Shown here: positions 47,573-55,822 of the stretch, one piece after another
Numbering within the stretch: position 1 is the first letter of the stretch
Layout: each line of letters opens with the position of its first letter
Assembly: GCA_004297205.1 (NCBI GenBank)
Contig: SCUL01000002.1
Coordinates: 252,594 to 316,593 of the forward strand
DNA from: Patescibacteria group bacterium
Lineage (GTDB): Bacteria; Patescibacteriota; Patescibacteriia; 2-12-FULL-57-11
DNA length: 64,000 nucleotides
Direction: 5' to 3'
Position numbers and translations under genes: made by a program
The notes under the pieces: model-generated
Seen by the model: only the letters and a program-made list of their open reading frames with translations
What the model was told of the DNA's origin: nothing
Databases searched by the model: none

Positions 47573-47613
47573 TTGCATTATCCACATCATTTGTATACGC
47601 TTGTGTATACAAA
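47573..47613 (+). promoter_or_regulatory. Promoter/operator of the HTH gene with a DnaA box and an inverted repeat
   Basis: TTGCAT-17bp-TACGCT; TTATCCACA at 47578-47586; TTTGTATAC-GCTTGT-GTATACAAA at 47590-47613. Confidence 0.55.
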
Positions 47614-47616
47614 CAC

Positions 47617-47952
47617 ATGTCGACGCCTGATCGCATCATCCGCGTTTCCGTCTCCGAAGCCGCCCGCCTCTTTGGCGTGAGCATGCAGACGGTCCGCCGC
47701 GCCATAGCCGACAAGGAGGTCCTCTATGTGGTCGTGGGAAACCGCTACAAGATCAATTTCGAGAGCCTGGTCACCTGGTCCCAGCGCTCCGTCACGGTCC
47801 GCAATAAAACCGAACGCCGCGGTATCGGACAATTCGTCCAAGCCTGGCGGATCCGCAACACCCGCTACTCGCCCAACCCACAGATGTTCACCCCGCCGCC
47901 GGGTCCGGCGGCCCGCCGCGGCAACGGCGACGAAACGGGCTCCGTGAAGTAG
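47617..47952 (+). CDS. Small excisionase/BldC-like winged-HTH DNA-binding protein
   Basis: RVSVSEAARLFGVS.QTVRRAI...RYKI; start at ATG 47617. Confidence 0.8.
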   Translation: MSTPDRIIRVSVSEAARLFGVSMQTVRRAIADKEVLYVVVGNRYKINFESLVTWSQRSVTVRNKTERRGIGQFVQAWRIRNTRYSPNPQMFTPPPGPAARRGNGDETGSVK

Positions 47953-47956
47953 GGGG

Positions 47957-47985
47957 TTGACACGATCGCTTTTTTAACCGATGCT
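47957..47985 (+). promoter_or_regulatory. sigma70 promoter candidate
   Basis: TTGACA-17bp-GATGCT. Confidence 0.5.
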
Positions 47986-48026
47986 GGCGTATCCCACGGC
48001 CGGCACGCGCCGGAGAAGGAGGATGT

Positions 48027-48809
48027 GTGGGGTTTCCCAGTTCTTTGATGTCGGCGGTCGGCGTTGCCGCCCCGCTGATGGCCATGGCCGCCCTGTCGGG
48101 CTGCGGACTGATCCTGGACCTCGATCCTTGGCCGCCCGCGCCGCCCGATGCGAGCGCCGGCGTGGACGGCGGTGATATCGACGCGGCCGTCGACGGCGGT
48201 CCGGACGGGATGCGCGACGCGTTCCTTCCGGACGCGCCCGCCGACGCAACGGCAGATGCCGCGCTCGATGCCGGGATGTTCGATGCGGCGTCCGACGCGG
48301 ACGCTGGATCGGACGATGCGGGAACGGACGCCGACGCCGGTCCGCCCGAAGGGTGCGCGGACGACTCGATCGAGCAGCACTATCCGGTCGATCCGGGAAC
48401 GGGACTGCTCGTCATGGTCGGCTGCGACGGCGCTCGCACGCAATGCGAGGCCGAAGAGCTGTGCGCACCGGGCTGGCGGCTTTGCACGTTCGCCGCGTAT
48501 CGGACGCGCGGCGGGACGACGATGCCCGCCACCGCCCGCCGCTGGCTTGCGGGCTGCGTCCGCGAAATGTGCGGGGACGTGACGGGTCCGGGAACGGCGG
48601 TCTGCGCAAGCTGCGCGACCGGGACCGGCACCACGCTCGAGCTGTCGTACCAGTGCGGCAGCGGAGAACCGGCGCGATCGGAAGACGATTGCAATGTCGG
48701 CATTGCGGCCGCGCCCGACGACTGGCACCTGGTCTCCCGTTCGCTGGAATGCATCATGGCCAGCGCCGAACCGGCCTCCGACCTCGGTGGAGCCACCTGC
48801 TGCCGCTGA
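48027..48809 (+). CDS. Cys-rich putative lipoprotein 1 (DAG linker plus C-type-lectin-like domain)
   Basis: Lipobox ALSGC; Asp/Ala/Gly linker; C-terminal MVGCDG..QCEA..LC..GWRLCT...RWLAGC...GATCCR; AAGGAGG upstream. Confidence 0.7.
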   Translation: MGFPSSLMSAVGVAAPLMAMAALSGCGLILDLDPWPPAPPDASAGVDGGDIDAAVDGGPDGMRDAFLPDAPADATADAALDAGMFDAASDADAGSDDAGTDADAGPPEGCADDSIEQHYPVDPGTGLLVMVGCDGARTQCEAEELCAPGWRLCTFAAYRTRGGTTMPATARRWLAGCVREMCGDVTGPGTAVCASCATGTGTTLELSYQCGSGEPARSEDDCNVGIAAAPDDWHLVSRSLECIMASAEPASDLGGATCCR

Positions 48810-48829
48810 GCGACTGGAATCACCGTGCC

Positions 48830-48863
48830 GCCCGCCCGTATCAACGGTCGGGCGCTTCTTTTT
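48830..48863 (+). terminator. Intrinsic terminator
   Basis: GCCCGCCCGT-ATCA-ACGGTCGGGC followed by TTCTTTTT. Confidence 0.6.
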
Positions 48864-48869
48864 GCCGGG

Positions 48870-48898
48870 TTGACAAAATCCGGAAAAAGCGCTATATT
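48870..48898 (+). promoter_or_regulatory. sigma70 promoter
   Basis: TTGACA-17bp-TATATT. Confidence 0.7.
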
Positions 48899-48987
48899 CC
48901 AGCGTCCGAATACCGCAGTGAAACGCGGTATTGCGGCCAAACTTCGGGTCCATTCAGGTTCCCCAACGTCAACCCCAAGGAGCAGGA

Positions 48988-49842
48988 ATGCCCCTCCACC
49001 GTCTCGTTCTTTCCCTCGTCATCCTCACGGTCGCCACCCCCGGATGCATGCTCGACCGCAGCGGACTCGCGTACAACTGTGAGGCCCGCCTCATGGACGA
49101 CGCGGCGCTGCACACGGACGGCGCCATCCCCGGATGGTGCCTGGACCGTCTCCGCGACGGCTCCACAGCCGACGCCGGGGCGCCCCCGGACGCAGGTCCG
49201 GAAGACGGCGGCGATGCGGGAGACGCGGAGCTGCCCGACGCCGGACCGTCCGACGCCGGAACGGATGCCGGCAGAGATGCCGGACCGGAAGACGGCGGAC
49301 CGCCTGACAGCGGCCCTCCCGACGCCGGACCGCCGGATGCGGGACCGTCCGACGCCGGAACGGATGCCGGCAGAGATGCCGGACTCCCCCCTGTCGGCTG
49401 CGACGACGGCACGGTCGAACAACCGTACGTCGGCCGCGACGACATGGTCGGCTGCGACGGCGCGCTGACACAGTGCGAGGCCGCGGCGCTGTGCGGCGCA
49501 GGCTGGCATCTGTGCACCTTCGCCGAGTACCGGACCCGCGGCGGGGCCGTCGCTCCGGCGACGACCTACCGCTGGCTGGCGGGCTGCACGCGCGAGATGT
49601 GCGGCGGGCTGGTCGGTCCGGGAACGGCGGTCTGCGCGAGCTGCGCGCCGGGCACGGGTACGTCGATCGACGTCTCGTATGACTGCAGCGCGTCCCGCGC
49701 GCACGCCGAGGCCGCCTGCAATCAGGGGATCACGGCGGATACCGATCCGATCGGTAACCACCTTGTCTCCCCCGCGCTCGAGTGCGTCCGGGCCCGGATC
49801 TTCCCGGCAGCCATGACGCTCGGCGCAACGTGCTGCAGGTAG
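48988..49842 (+). CDS. Cys-rich putative lipoprotein 2 (paralog)
   Basis: AAGGAG then ATG 48988; lipobox-like ATPGC; DAGP repeats; same C-terminal domain ending GATCCR. Confidence 0.75.
   Translation: MPLHRLVLSLVILTVATPGCMLDRSGLAYNCEARLMDDAALHTDGAIPGWCLDRLRDGSTADAGAPPDAGPEDGGDAGDAELPDAGPSDAGTDAGRDAGPEDGGPPDSGPPDAGPPDAGPSDAGTDAGRDAGLPPVGCDDGTVEQPYVGRDDMVGCDGALTQCEAAALCGAGWHLCTFAEYRTRGGAVAPATTYRWLAGCTREMCGGLVGPGTAVCASCAPGTGTSIDVSYDCSASRAHAEAACNQGITADTDPIGNHLVSPALECVRARIFPAAMTLGATCCR
49243..49384 (+). repeat. Exact 43-bp intragenic direct repeat (49243-49285 and 49342-49384)
   Basis: GGACCGTCCGACGCCGGAACGGATGCCGGCAGAGATGCCGGAC twice, offset 99 bp, encoding GPSDAGTDAGRDAG. Confidence 0.85.
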
Positions 49843-49846
49843 GCAC

Positions 49847-49896
49847 GGCCCCGGTTCGACGCATCGACAGCGATGCGCGGACCGGGTCATTTTTTT
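49847..49896 (+). terminator. Intrinsic terminator
   Basis: CCCGGTTCGACGCATCG-ACAG-CGATGCGCGGACCGGG followed by a T7 tract. Confidence 0.7.
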
Positions 49897-49957
49897 CGAC
49901 CCTTCCCCTTTTGCGCGGCGCCCGCTAGGGTGGCCGTGCGTGCCCAACGGAGGATGC

Positions 49958-50671
49958 ATGCGAACTCTCACCTCTGCGCTCCTGCTCCTGATGGCAGCCG
50001 GCGCAGGCCCCGGCTGCTCGCTCATCACGAATCCCGACACGAGCCGCCTGTACCCGCATCCGCGGGAGGACGGCGGAGCGGCCGATGCCGGACCGCACTC
50101 TGACGCGGATGTCGACGGCTCTTTGCCGCCGACGGATGCCGACCTGCCGGACGCGGACCTTCCGCCTCCGCCCGACGCCGACGTGCCGCCCGCGGACACG
50201 GGCGTCCCCGCCGGCCCCGGCTGCCTGGATGGGACGGTGGATCAGCCCTACCCCGGCCGCAGCGACATCGTCGGCTGCGACGGCGCGGTCGACCAGTGCG
50301 CGGCTTCCGCCCTGTGCGGCGCCGGCTGGCATCTCTGCGGCTGGGACGAATTCCAGACGCGGACGGGCGCCGCCACCGCCACGACCGTCCGCTGGATCGC
50401 CGGCTGCGCACGGGAGGCATGCTCGCTCGATCCGATGCGGGTCCGCGAAGGTGTCTGCGGCGACTGCACCTCAGGAGGAGCGATGCTGCCGATGGCCGTG
50501 TCGTTCGCCTGCAGCGGTGCCTCGCCGCCGCGCGAGGAGATCAGTTGCGACGTCGGCGTCGTGGCCTTCACCGACCCGATCGGTCGCCGTATCGGCAGCA
50601 CGACCGCACCGTGCCTCCGGGCCGAGGCGTTCCCGACGCGAGAGCGCTACGGCGCTACCTGCTGCAGATAG
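49958..50671 (+). CDS. Cys-rich putative lipoprotein 3 (paralog)
   Basis: GGAGG then ATG 49958; AGPGC; D/P/A linker; IVGCDG..QC...LCGAGWHLC...RWIAGC...GATCCR. Confidence 0.75.
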   Translation: MRTLTSALLLLMAAGAGPGCSLITNPDTSRLYPHPREDGGAADAGPHSDADVDGSLPPTDADLPDADLPPPPDADVPPADTGVPAGPGCLDGTVDQPYPGRSDIVGCDGAVDQCAASALCGAGWHLCGWDEFQTRTGAATATTVRWIAGCAREACSLDPMRVREGVCGDCTSGGAMLPMAVSFACSGASPPREEISCDVGVVAFTDPIGRRIGSTTAPCLRAEAFPTRERYGATCCR

Positions 50672-50672
50672 C

Positions 50673-50724
50673 AAAAACCCCGACTCCAACATCGCAGGAT
50701 GTCGGAGCCGGGGAATCTTTTTTA
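50673..50724. terminator. Bidirectional terminator
   Basis: AAAAA-CCCCGACTCCAACATC-GCAG-GATGTCGGAGCCGGGG followed by a T tract, between convergent genes. Confidence 0.65.
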
Positions 50725-52500
50725 TTACTCCAACGCGCCGCTGACGCGCGTCCCCTTTTCTGCGGCGCGCGTATCAGCCGGGACGTCGGTGGCCAAATAT
50801 CCCGTCGTCGCTTCCGTCGGTGCGCCCTCGGCATCCTGGCCCGACAGCCGCACGCTGCGCACGATCACCGCTTCCGCATCGATCTGATCGGTCGTCGGAC
50901 GGAAGGCCAGCGCTGCGGCAAAGGTGAAGGCACCGTCCCCGGCGATGACGTCCGGCCGCCACACCAGCGCGTTACCGACCTGCCGCGGCACGCCGGAGAC
51001 GGAGGCGCTGAACTTGCCAGCGTAGGTCACGTTGCCGCCGAGATCGACGCGTAATTCCGTGTCTTGCATGATCAAGCCGGGTTCAGCGCGCACCACCACC
51101 CAGTACTCGGTTTTTTCATCAACGCGCGGCGGCAGAGGCCCGCGGCCGAGCTGTTCCCCTTCTTCGGTATAGTAGCGAAGTTCTGCGGCCAGCGTCGGCG
51201 CGGCGGCTTGGATGCCGACACGCTCGGTCGACACGAAACCGACGCGCTCTCCGGTCCCTGCCCCATACGCGATTGCACGGACCGTCATCAGTTTCGGATC
51301 GGCCTCGGGACGCAACGGAACGCGGACGACCGTTTCATAAGAGTCGTTCGGTTCGAGCGTGAAACGTGCATCTGCCGGGACACCTTCGATACGCGAACCG
51401 CCCGGCAAGGCCGTCGGATCGACCATATCCCACGGCTCCGGAAAAACGCGCAGTGACCCCCAATCAATCCGATGGTCGCCGCTTGCGACCCCGACCACCA
51501 CTTCAAGCCCGTGGTCACCCAAGCCGGGTTCGAAGCGTGAGATCCGTAACTCATTCCACGCGGTTGCCGCACTCATCCCGAGCTCTTGCAGTATCGACAC
51601 AGGACGTTTCGCGTCGGAGATAGAAATCAACCAATCTTCTTCTGCCGCGAGTTCTTCCAAAACAATGGACTCCTGAGCGCCGGCGGAAAACTCGCGATCC
51701 ACAAATACCCGCTGCTCATTGCCATGCGCTATGACCAGGTGGAGACTATCAATCGCGTTTGCCGAGTCGTTGGTAAACAGAACCGGGCGGACGCTGCCGG
51801 GAGCCGCGATATGCGCATCGGCGATCTCCGGCACGCCCAGTCGGAGCGCCGTCCCGGCGATGCGAATCTGGCTGCTCCCCTTTTCCTGCACAGGAGGTCG
51901 TCCGGAAGGCGTTCCTGTCAGCGTCGCCTCAAGCACGGCGTCCGTGTCATGCCCGACAAGCACATAACCGGAAACGCGCACCGTGCCGTTGCCGCCGGGG
52001 CCGACGGTGCCGAGCGGAATGACGCCGTGCGCGGTCAGCGGCTCGACTGCGGCATCCGTCGCGCGCTCCGCTTCAAGCGACGTGGTGCGGAATCCGTCCG
52101 GCAGCGAGATGGCGAGCGAGGCGTTCTCAAGCGGCAGCTTGCCGCGGTTCTCGTAATGCACCACGAAGCCGACCGTATCCGCGGCACGGACCTCCGCATC
52201 GCTGGCAGTCACGCTCAAGCGCACCGGCGCGACCGCTCCCGGCGCAAGAACGAACGAACCGAGCGTCACGGCAAGCGCCAGCACCAGGGCTGCGGCCAGC
52301 GCATCGAACAGGAACAGGGCGGCGCCGAACGACCCCGGCCGGTTGTAGCGGCGGGCGAAGTGCGCGCGCACCGGCGCCGTGATGCGTTGCGCCGGATGCG
52401 TGAAGAGATGGAGGGAGCCAGGCACGATGCGCGTCGGCCGCGTTTTTTTTGCGCCGGCCAGCGGGACGATGGTGCGCGGCGGAATGTTCGGGGAAGCCAT
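50725..52500 (-). CDS. Membrane-anchored extracellular protein with Ig-like (DUF11-like) domains, Patescibacteria type
   Basis: N-terminal TM; V.YENRG..L.N..L...LP.G; C-terminal RYYT.EG.QLGRGPLPP.V...T.YW motif. Confidence 0.6.
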   Translation of the reverse strand: MASPNIPPRTIVPLAGAKKTRPTRIVPGSLHLFTHPAQRITAPVRAHFARRYNRPGSFGAALFLFDALAAALVLALAVTLGSFVLAPGAVAPVRLSVTASDAEVRAADTVGFVVHYENRGKLPLENASLAISLPDGFRTTSLEAERATDAAVEPLTAHGVIPLGTVGPGGNGTVRVSGYVLVGHDTDAVLEATLTGTPSGRPPVQEKGSSQIRIAGTALRLGVPEIADAHIAAPGSVRPVLFTNDSANAIDSLHLVIAHGNEQRVFVDREFSAGAQESIVLEELAAEEDWLISISDAKRPVSILQELGMSAATAWNELRISRFEPGLGDHGLEVVVGVASGDHRIDWGSLRVFPEPWDMVDPTALPGGSRIEGVPADARFTLEPNDSYETVVRVPLRPEADPKLMTVRAIAYGAGTGERVGFVSTERVGIQAAAPTLAAELRYYTEEGEQLGRGPLPPRVDEKTEYWVVVRAEPGLIMQDTELRVDLGGNVTYAGKFSASVSGVPRQVGNALVWRPDVIAGDGAFTFAAALAFRPTTDQIDAEAVIVRSVRLSGQDAEGAPTEATTGYLATDVPADTRAAEKGTRVSGALE

Positions 52501-52503
52501 AGA

Positions 52504-54621
52504 CTATCGAACGGCCACGGCAGTCGAGCCCAGCTCGGCGGCCAGAGTGAGGTCGCGGGTGAACACCAAGATGTCACGCGAATTGTTGTTGTCGACGTCG
52601 GTCACGGTCACGCTGATCCCGGCGGTATTGCGCCGGTCCAGGGCGAAGAATCCTTGGCCGCGCGGCGTGCCCGTTCCCGAAAAGACGCGCACGTGCGGGC
52701 CGCCGCCGGGTCCCGCGCCGGTCACGATCTCGGCGCGCCCGTCGCCGGTCAACTCTCCCACGGCCACCGAGATGCCGCCGCGGAAACGCGGATCATAGGC
52801 AAAGAAGCCGCGGTCGCGCACCCGCCCGTCGCCGGAGAAGACGCGCACGTGCGGGCCGCCGCCGGGTCCCGCGCCGGTCACGATTTCCTCCTTCCCTTCG
52901 CCGTCCAGGTTGCCGACGGCCACGGACGCGCCGCCGGGAAAACGCGGATCATAGGCGTGGAAGGGCGGCGCCGCTTCCCGACCATCGAGCGACCAGATGC
53001 GGATGAGCGCATTGCCGGTCGTGGCCGGCGCAGTCACGATTTCTTTGGCACCGTCGCCCGTGACGTCGCCGACCGCGATGTTGATGCGCCCGCTGAGTTT
53101 GTCGCCGTAGGGCAGAAGATTCGCGCTGCGTCCGTTGGCCAAGAGGATGCGCACGCGGCGGCCGTCGGTGCCGACCACGTCGGCGGCGCCGTCGCCGTCC
53201 AGGTCCGTGCGGATGACCGTCTCCCCCGCCCCGAACCGCGCATCGGAGACGAAGAAGCCGTTGCGCAACGTCACCCCTTCGCGGTTGAACATGCGGGTGA
53301 AGGCGCCGTTCGGGAACGTGCCGCCGGTGACGTCTTCGAGCGGCTTGCGCAGGATGACGGCGTCGCGCGCTACGAGCCGCACCTCGTCCACGATGCTGCC
53401 GTCGTTCACGCGCGGATCCTGGGTGCCGCGCAGTTTCTCGAAGTCACCGCCCAGCGCCACGGTCTTGGCCGCGCCGCCGGCGTTCACGACCGCCGCGCCG
53501 CGCTCGAAGTCGCGCCGCCAGACGCCGGCTGCGAAATTGCCGGAGGCGCCGTCGACGCGCCGCGCACTGCCCACCGCCCGGCCGAGATTGGCGTCGTATT
53601 CGTCGTAGTAAAACCACTGGCCGTGATCCTGGTCGCCGTAGTCATAAGAGAAGTAGGCGTCGTTCAGGAGCGCGCTGGCCAGCCCGAAGCGCATGTTGCC
53701 GTACTCGGTGAACCGTCCGGTGTTGCCGGTGTTGCTGTTCAGGATCGGCACGGCCGGCGGAATGCCGCCGCGCGCCGTGCGTTGGATCTGCTGCTGGGTC
53801 AACGTCCAGTCGCCTTTGGGAAAATTTTCGAACAGCTGTCCCTGGACGTCGGCGTAGTACATCGGCCCGTCGTTTTGGAACACATAATAGTCGGGGTCGA
53901 GAACCTCACGGGCACGGCGGTAGATCTGCCGGAGCCCCTCCTGCCAGGCGCGGTTGGCGTCGGCCGCGGTCTCGTTGCGCCCGTCGCCGTCCAGATCCAC
54001 CGGACCGTGGGCGAAGTAGGTGATGTCGTCCCAGCCGTTGTCGAAGAAGACGCCGTCCCACATGCCGGAGGACATGACCTCCTCCTTCACGAAACGCGGC
54101 AGCACGTCCTGCCAGCGCTCCCCGTTTGCTGCAGGCGAGCGATTCGTGACGTTCAGAATCCAGGTGCCGGGCCAGAAGGTCCGCCGGTTCCCGCCCGCAT
54201 CCTTGAGATACCACGATTGCTGAATGCGGTTCGCGAGCTTGGCGCGCAGCGGCGCAGAATCCGAAAGCTGCGCGGCATCGGTGCGGATTTCTCCGGCCGT
54301 GATGTAGGCGAGGATGACGACGTCCGGGTTGCGGCGGCGGATCTCGCGCAGCATCTCCGGCGAGCGCTCCTGCAGTTCCATGTCGAGGATGAGCAGGTCC
54401 CAGCGCGCGAGTTCGCGCGCGTCCAGCTCGTCGATCGTCCAGTGCAGGTAGTAGTTGGCGATCTTGGGTGAAGCGTGCGCCGACAGCGCCGCGACCGCGG
54501 TGCGCGGGACGGCGGCGGCAAGCACGGCCACGAGCAGCAGCGATCCCAAAACACGCGAAGCGCCGGAACGGGCTTCGCGTGTCTGCGGGCGGCGGGGTTC
54601 AGTGGGCCTGGACGTCGCCAT
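52504..54621 (-). CDS. Secreted putative glycoside-hydrolase-like TIM barrel with C-terminal FG-GAP-like repeats
   Basis: Signal peptide; LA.WDL.ILD, NP...ILAY, WDGVFFDN, RFGL.SALL, YDEYD..LG, VWRRDF; repeated GAGPGGGPHVRVF and D.DGDG motifs. Confidence 0.7.
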   Translation of the reverse strand: MATSRPTEPRRPQTREARSGASRVLGSLLLVAVLAAAVPRTAVAALSAHASPKIANYYLHWTIDELDARELARWDLLILDMELQERSPEMLREIRRRNPDVVILAYITAGEIRTDAAQLSDSAPLRAKLANRIQQSWYLKDAGGNRRTFWPGTWILNVTNRSPAANGERWQDVLPRFVKEEVMSSGMWDGVFFDNGWDDITYFAHGPVDLDGDGRNETAADANRAWQEGLRQIYRRAREVLDPDYYVFQNDGPMYYADVQGQLFENFPKGDWTLTQQQIQRTARGGIPPAVPILNSNTGNTGRFTEYGNMRFGLASALLNDAYFSYDYGDQDHGQWFYYDEYDANLGRAVGSARRVDGASGNFAAGVWRRDFERGAAVVNAGGAAKTVALGGDFEKLRGTQDPRVNDGSIVDEVRLVARDAVILRKPLEDVTGGTFPNGAFTRMFNREGVTLRNGFFVSDARFGAGETVIRTDLDGDGAADVVGTDGRRVRILLANGRSANLLPYGDKLSGRINIAVGDVTGDGAKEIVTAPATTGNALIRIWSLDGREAAPPFHAYDPRFPGGASVAVGNLDGEGKEEIVTGAGPGGGPHVRVFSGDGRVRDRGFFAYDPRFRGGISVAVGELTGDGRAEIVTGAGPGGGPHVRVFSGTGTPRGQGFFALDRRNTAGISVTVTDVDNNNSRDILVFTRDLTLAAELGSTAVAVR
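52682..52884 (-). repeat. Exact 47-bp intragenic direct repeat (52682-52728 and 52838-52884)
   Basis: Encodes IVTGAGPGGGPHVRVF twice, offset 156 bp. Confidence 0.8.
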
Positions 54622-55822
54622 AGATGCGCATCAACCGCTCGTAATGCAGTTCCGGAGAGAATTGTGCCATCCTTTGGCGGGCCTTCTCCCCGGTCTGCGC
54701 GAGCATGGTCTCATCCTGCGCACACCGGCGGATGGCGTCAACCCAGCGCGGTACGTCGTCCGGCGGCAGCAGGATGCCACTGACGCCGTCCTCGATGATC
54801 TCGGGGATGCCGCCGGTGGACGACGCCAGAACGGTTTTGCCGAGCGCCATGGCTTCGAGCACGGCATACGGGAAATTTTCGAACCAGCGCGACGGCACCA
54901 GCACCATCCGCGCACCGGCAATCGCCGCGTACAACTCCTTCCCGGACAGGAAGCCGGAGAAAAAGACGTTCTTCAGGCCGTGCATCGCAACGGCATCCTT
55001 CAGCTCGCGCTCCAGCGGTCCGGCGCCGATGAAACGAAACGGCAGGTCCGGCAGCGCGGCCGCCATGTCCAACATGTTCTTCACGCCTTTTTCTTCCGAG
55101 AGACGCCCCGCGTAGACGATCTCGCCGCCGACCCGGGGGGCGATGCCGACAAACGATGTCGGATCAATGAAGTTCGGCACGTGACGGATGCGGGAAAGGT
55201 CCTTACCCCAGCGTTCCAAAAGATTGCGGAGGAAAGCGCTCGGCGTCACGGCCAGGGCGACGTCGCGTTCGTACCAACGGCCGAGGCGATGAATCGTCAT
55301 CTCCACGGCAGCAAGCGCCGAGGCGGCGCGCGAGTCGGAAACGCAGCGGTGGGCCACGGCGTTCCAATATTTGTAGACGTGACAGCGTTCGCACGGCGCT
55401 TCTTCCGTATAGAGCTTGTAGTTCGGACAGATCCACTTGAAGTCGTGGACCGTCCAGACCACCGGTATCCCCTCGCGCTTCAGCACGGACAGGATCGACG
55501 GCGAGAGGTGGTGGTAGATGTTGTGGAGATGGGCGACGTCTGGCCGGAATTCGCGCAGCAATGCGCGCAGCTTGGCGGCCGCTTCGCGCGACCAGATCAT
55601 GTTGGCGGCCTTCTCGATGTCGGCGCCGATCCCGTTGCGGCGGTCATACTGGCGCTCGTTCACGAAGAAACGGCTCCACGGCGTCGGCACGTTCTCCGGA
55701 TGCTGCATGGCGAACGGCACCACTTCGTGCCCTTTGCTGGTCAGCAACCGTGACAGATCGAACACGTACCGCTCGGCGCCGGCGCGGACGTAGTGATACT
55801 TGTTGATTTGCAAAATCTTCAT
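54599..55822 (-). CDS. Glycosyltransferase family 4
   Basis: MKILQINKY, GAERY, HLHNIYH.LSPS, T.HD..ICP, GRLS.EKG, PS.W.ENFP..VLEA. Confidence 0.9.
   Translation of the reverse strand: MKILQINKYHYVRAGAERYVFDLSRLLTSKGHEVVPFAMQHPENVPTPWSRFFVNERQYDRRNGIGADIEKAANMIWSREAAAKLRALLREFRPDVAHLHNIYHHLSPSILSVLKREGIPVVWTVHDFKWICPNYKLYTEEAPCERCHVYKYWNAVAHRCVSDSRAASALAAVEMTIHRLGRWYERDVALAVTPSAFLRNLLERWGKDLSRIRHVPNFIDPTSFVGIAPRVGGEIVYAGRLSEEKGVKNMLDMAAALPDLPFRFIGAGPLERELKDAVAMHGLKNVFFSGFLSGKELYAAIAGARMVLVPSRWFENFPYAVLEAMALGKTVLASSTGGIPEIIEDGVSGILLPPDDVPRWVDAIRRCAQDETMLAQTGEKARQRMAQFSPELHYERLMRIYGDVQAH

Noticed and set aside
47435-47616. Replication origin
   Set aside because: Only one perfect DnaA box was seen, with no box cluster and no dnaA/dnaN nearby.
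47617-47952. Prophage or ICE excisionase marking a mobile element
   Set aside because: No integrase, att repeats, tRNA or phage genes; more consistent with a stand-alone regulator.
48027-50671. Complete diversity-generating retroelement
   Set aside because: No reverse transcriptase or Avd, and I saw no TR/VR pair differing only at adenines. Paralog differences involve all bases.
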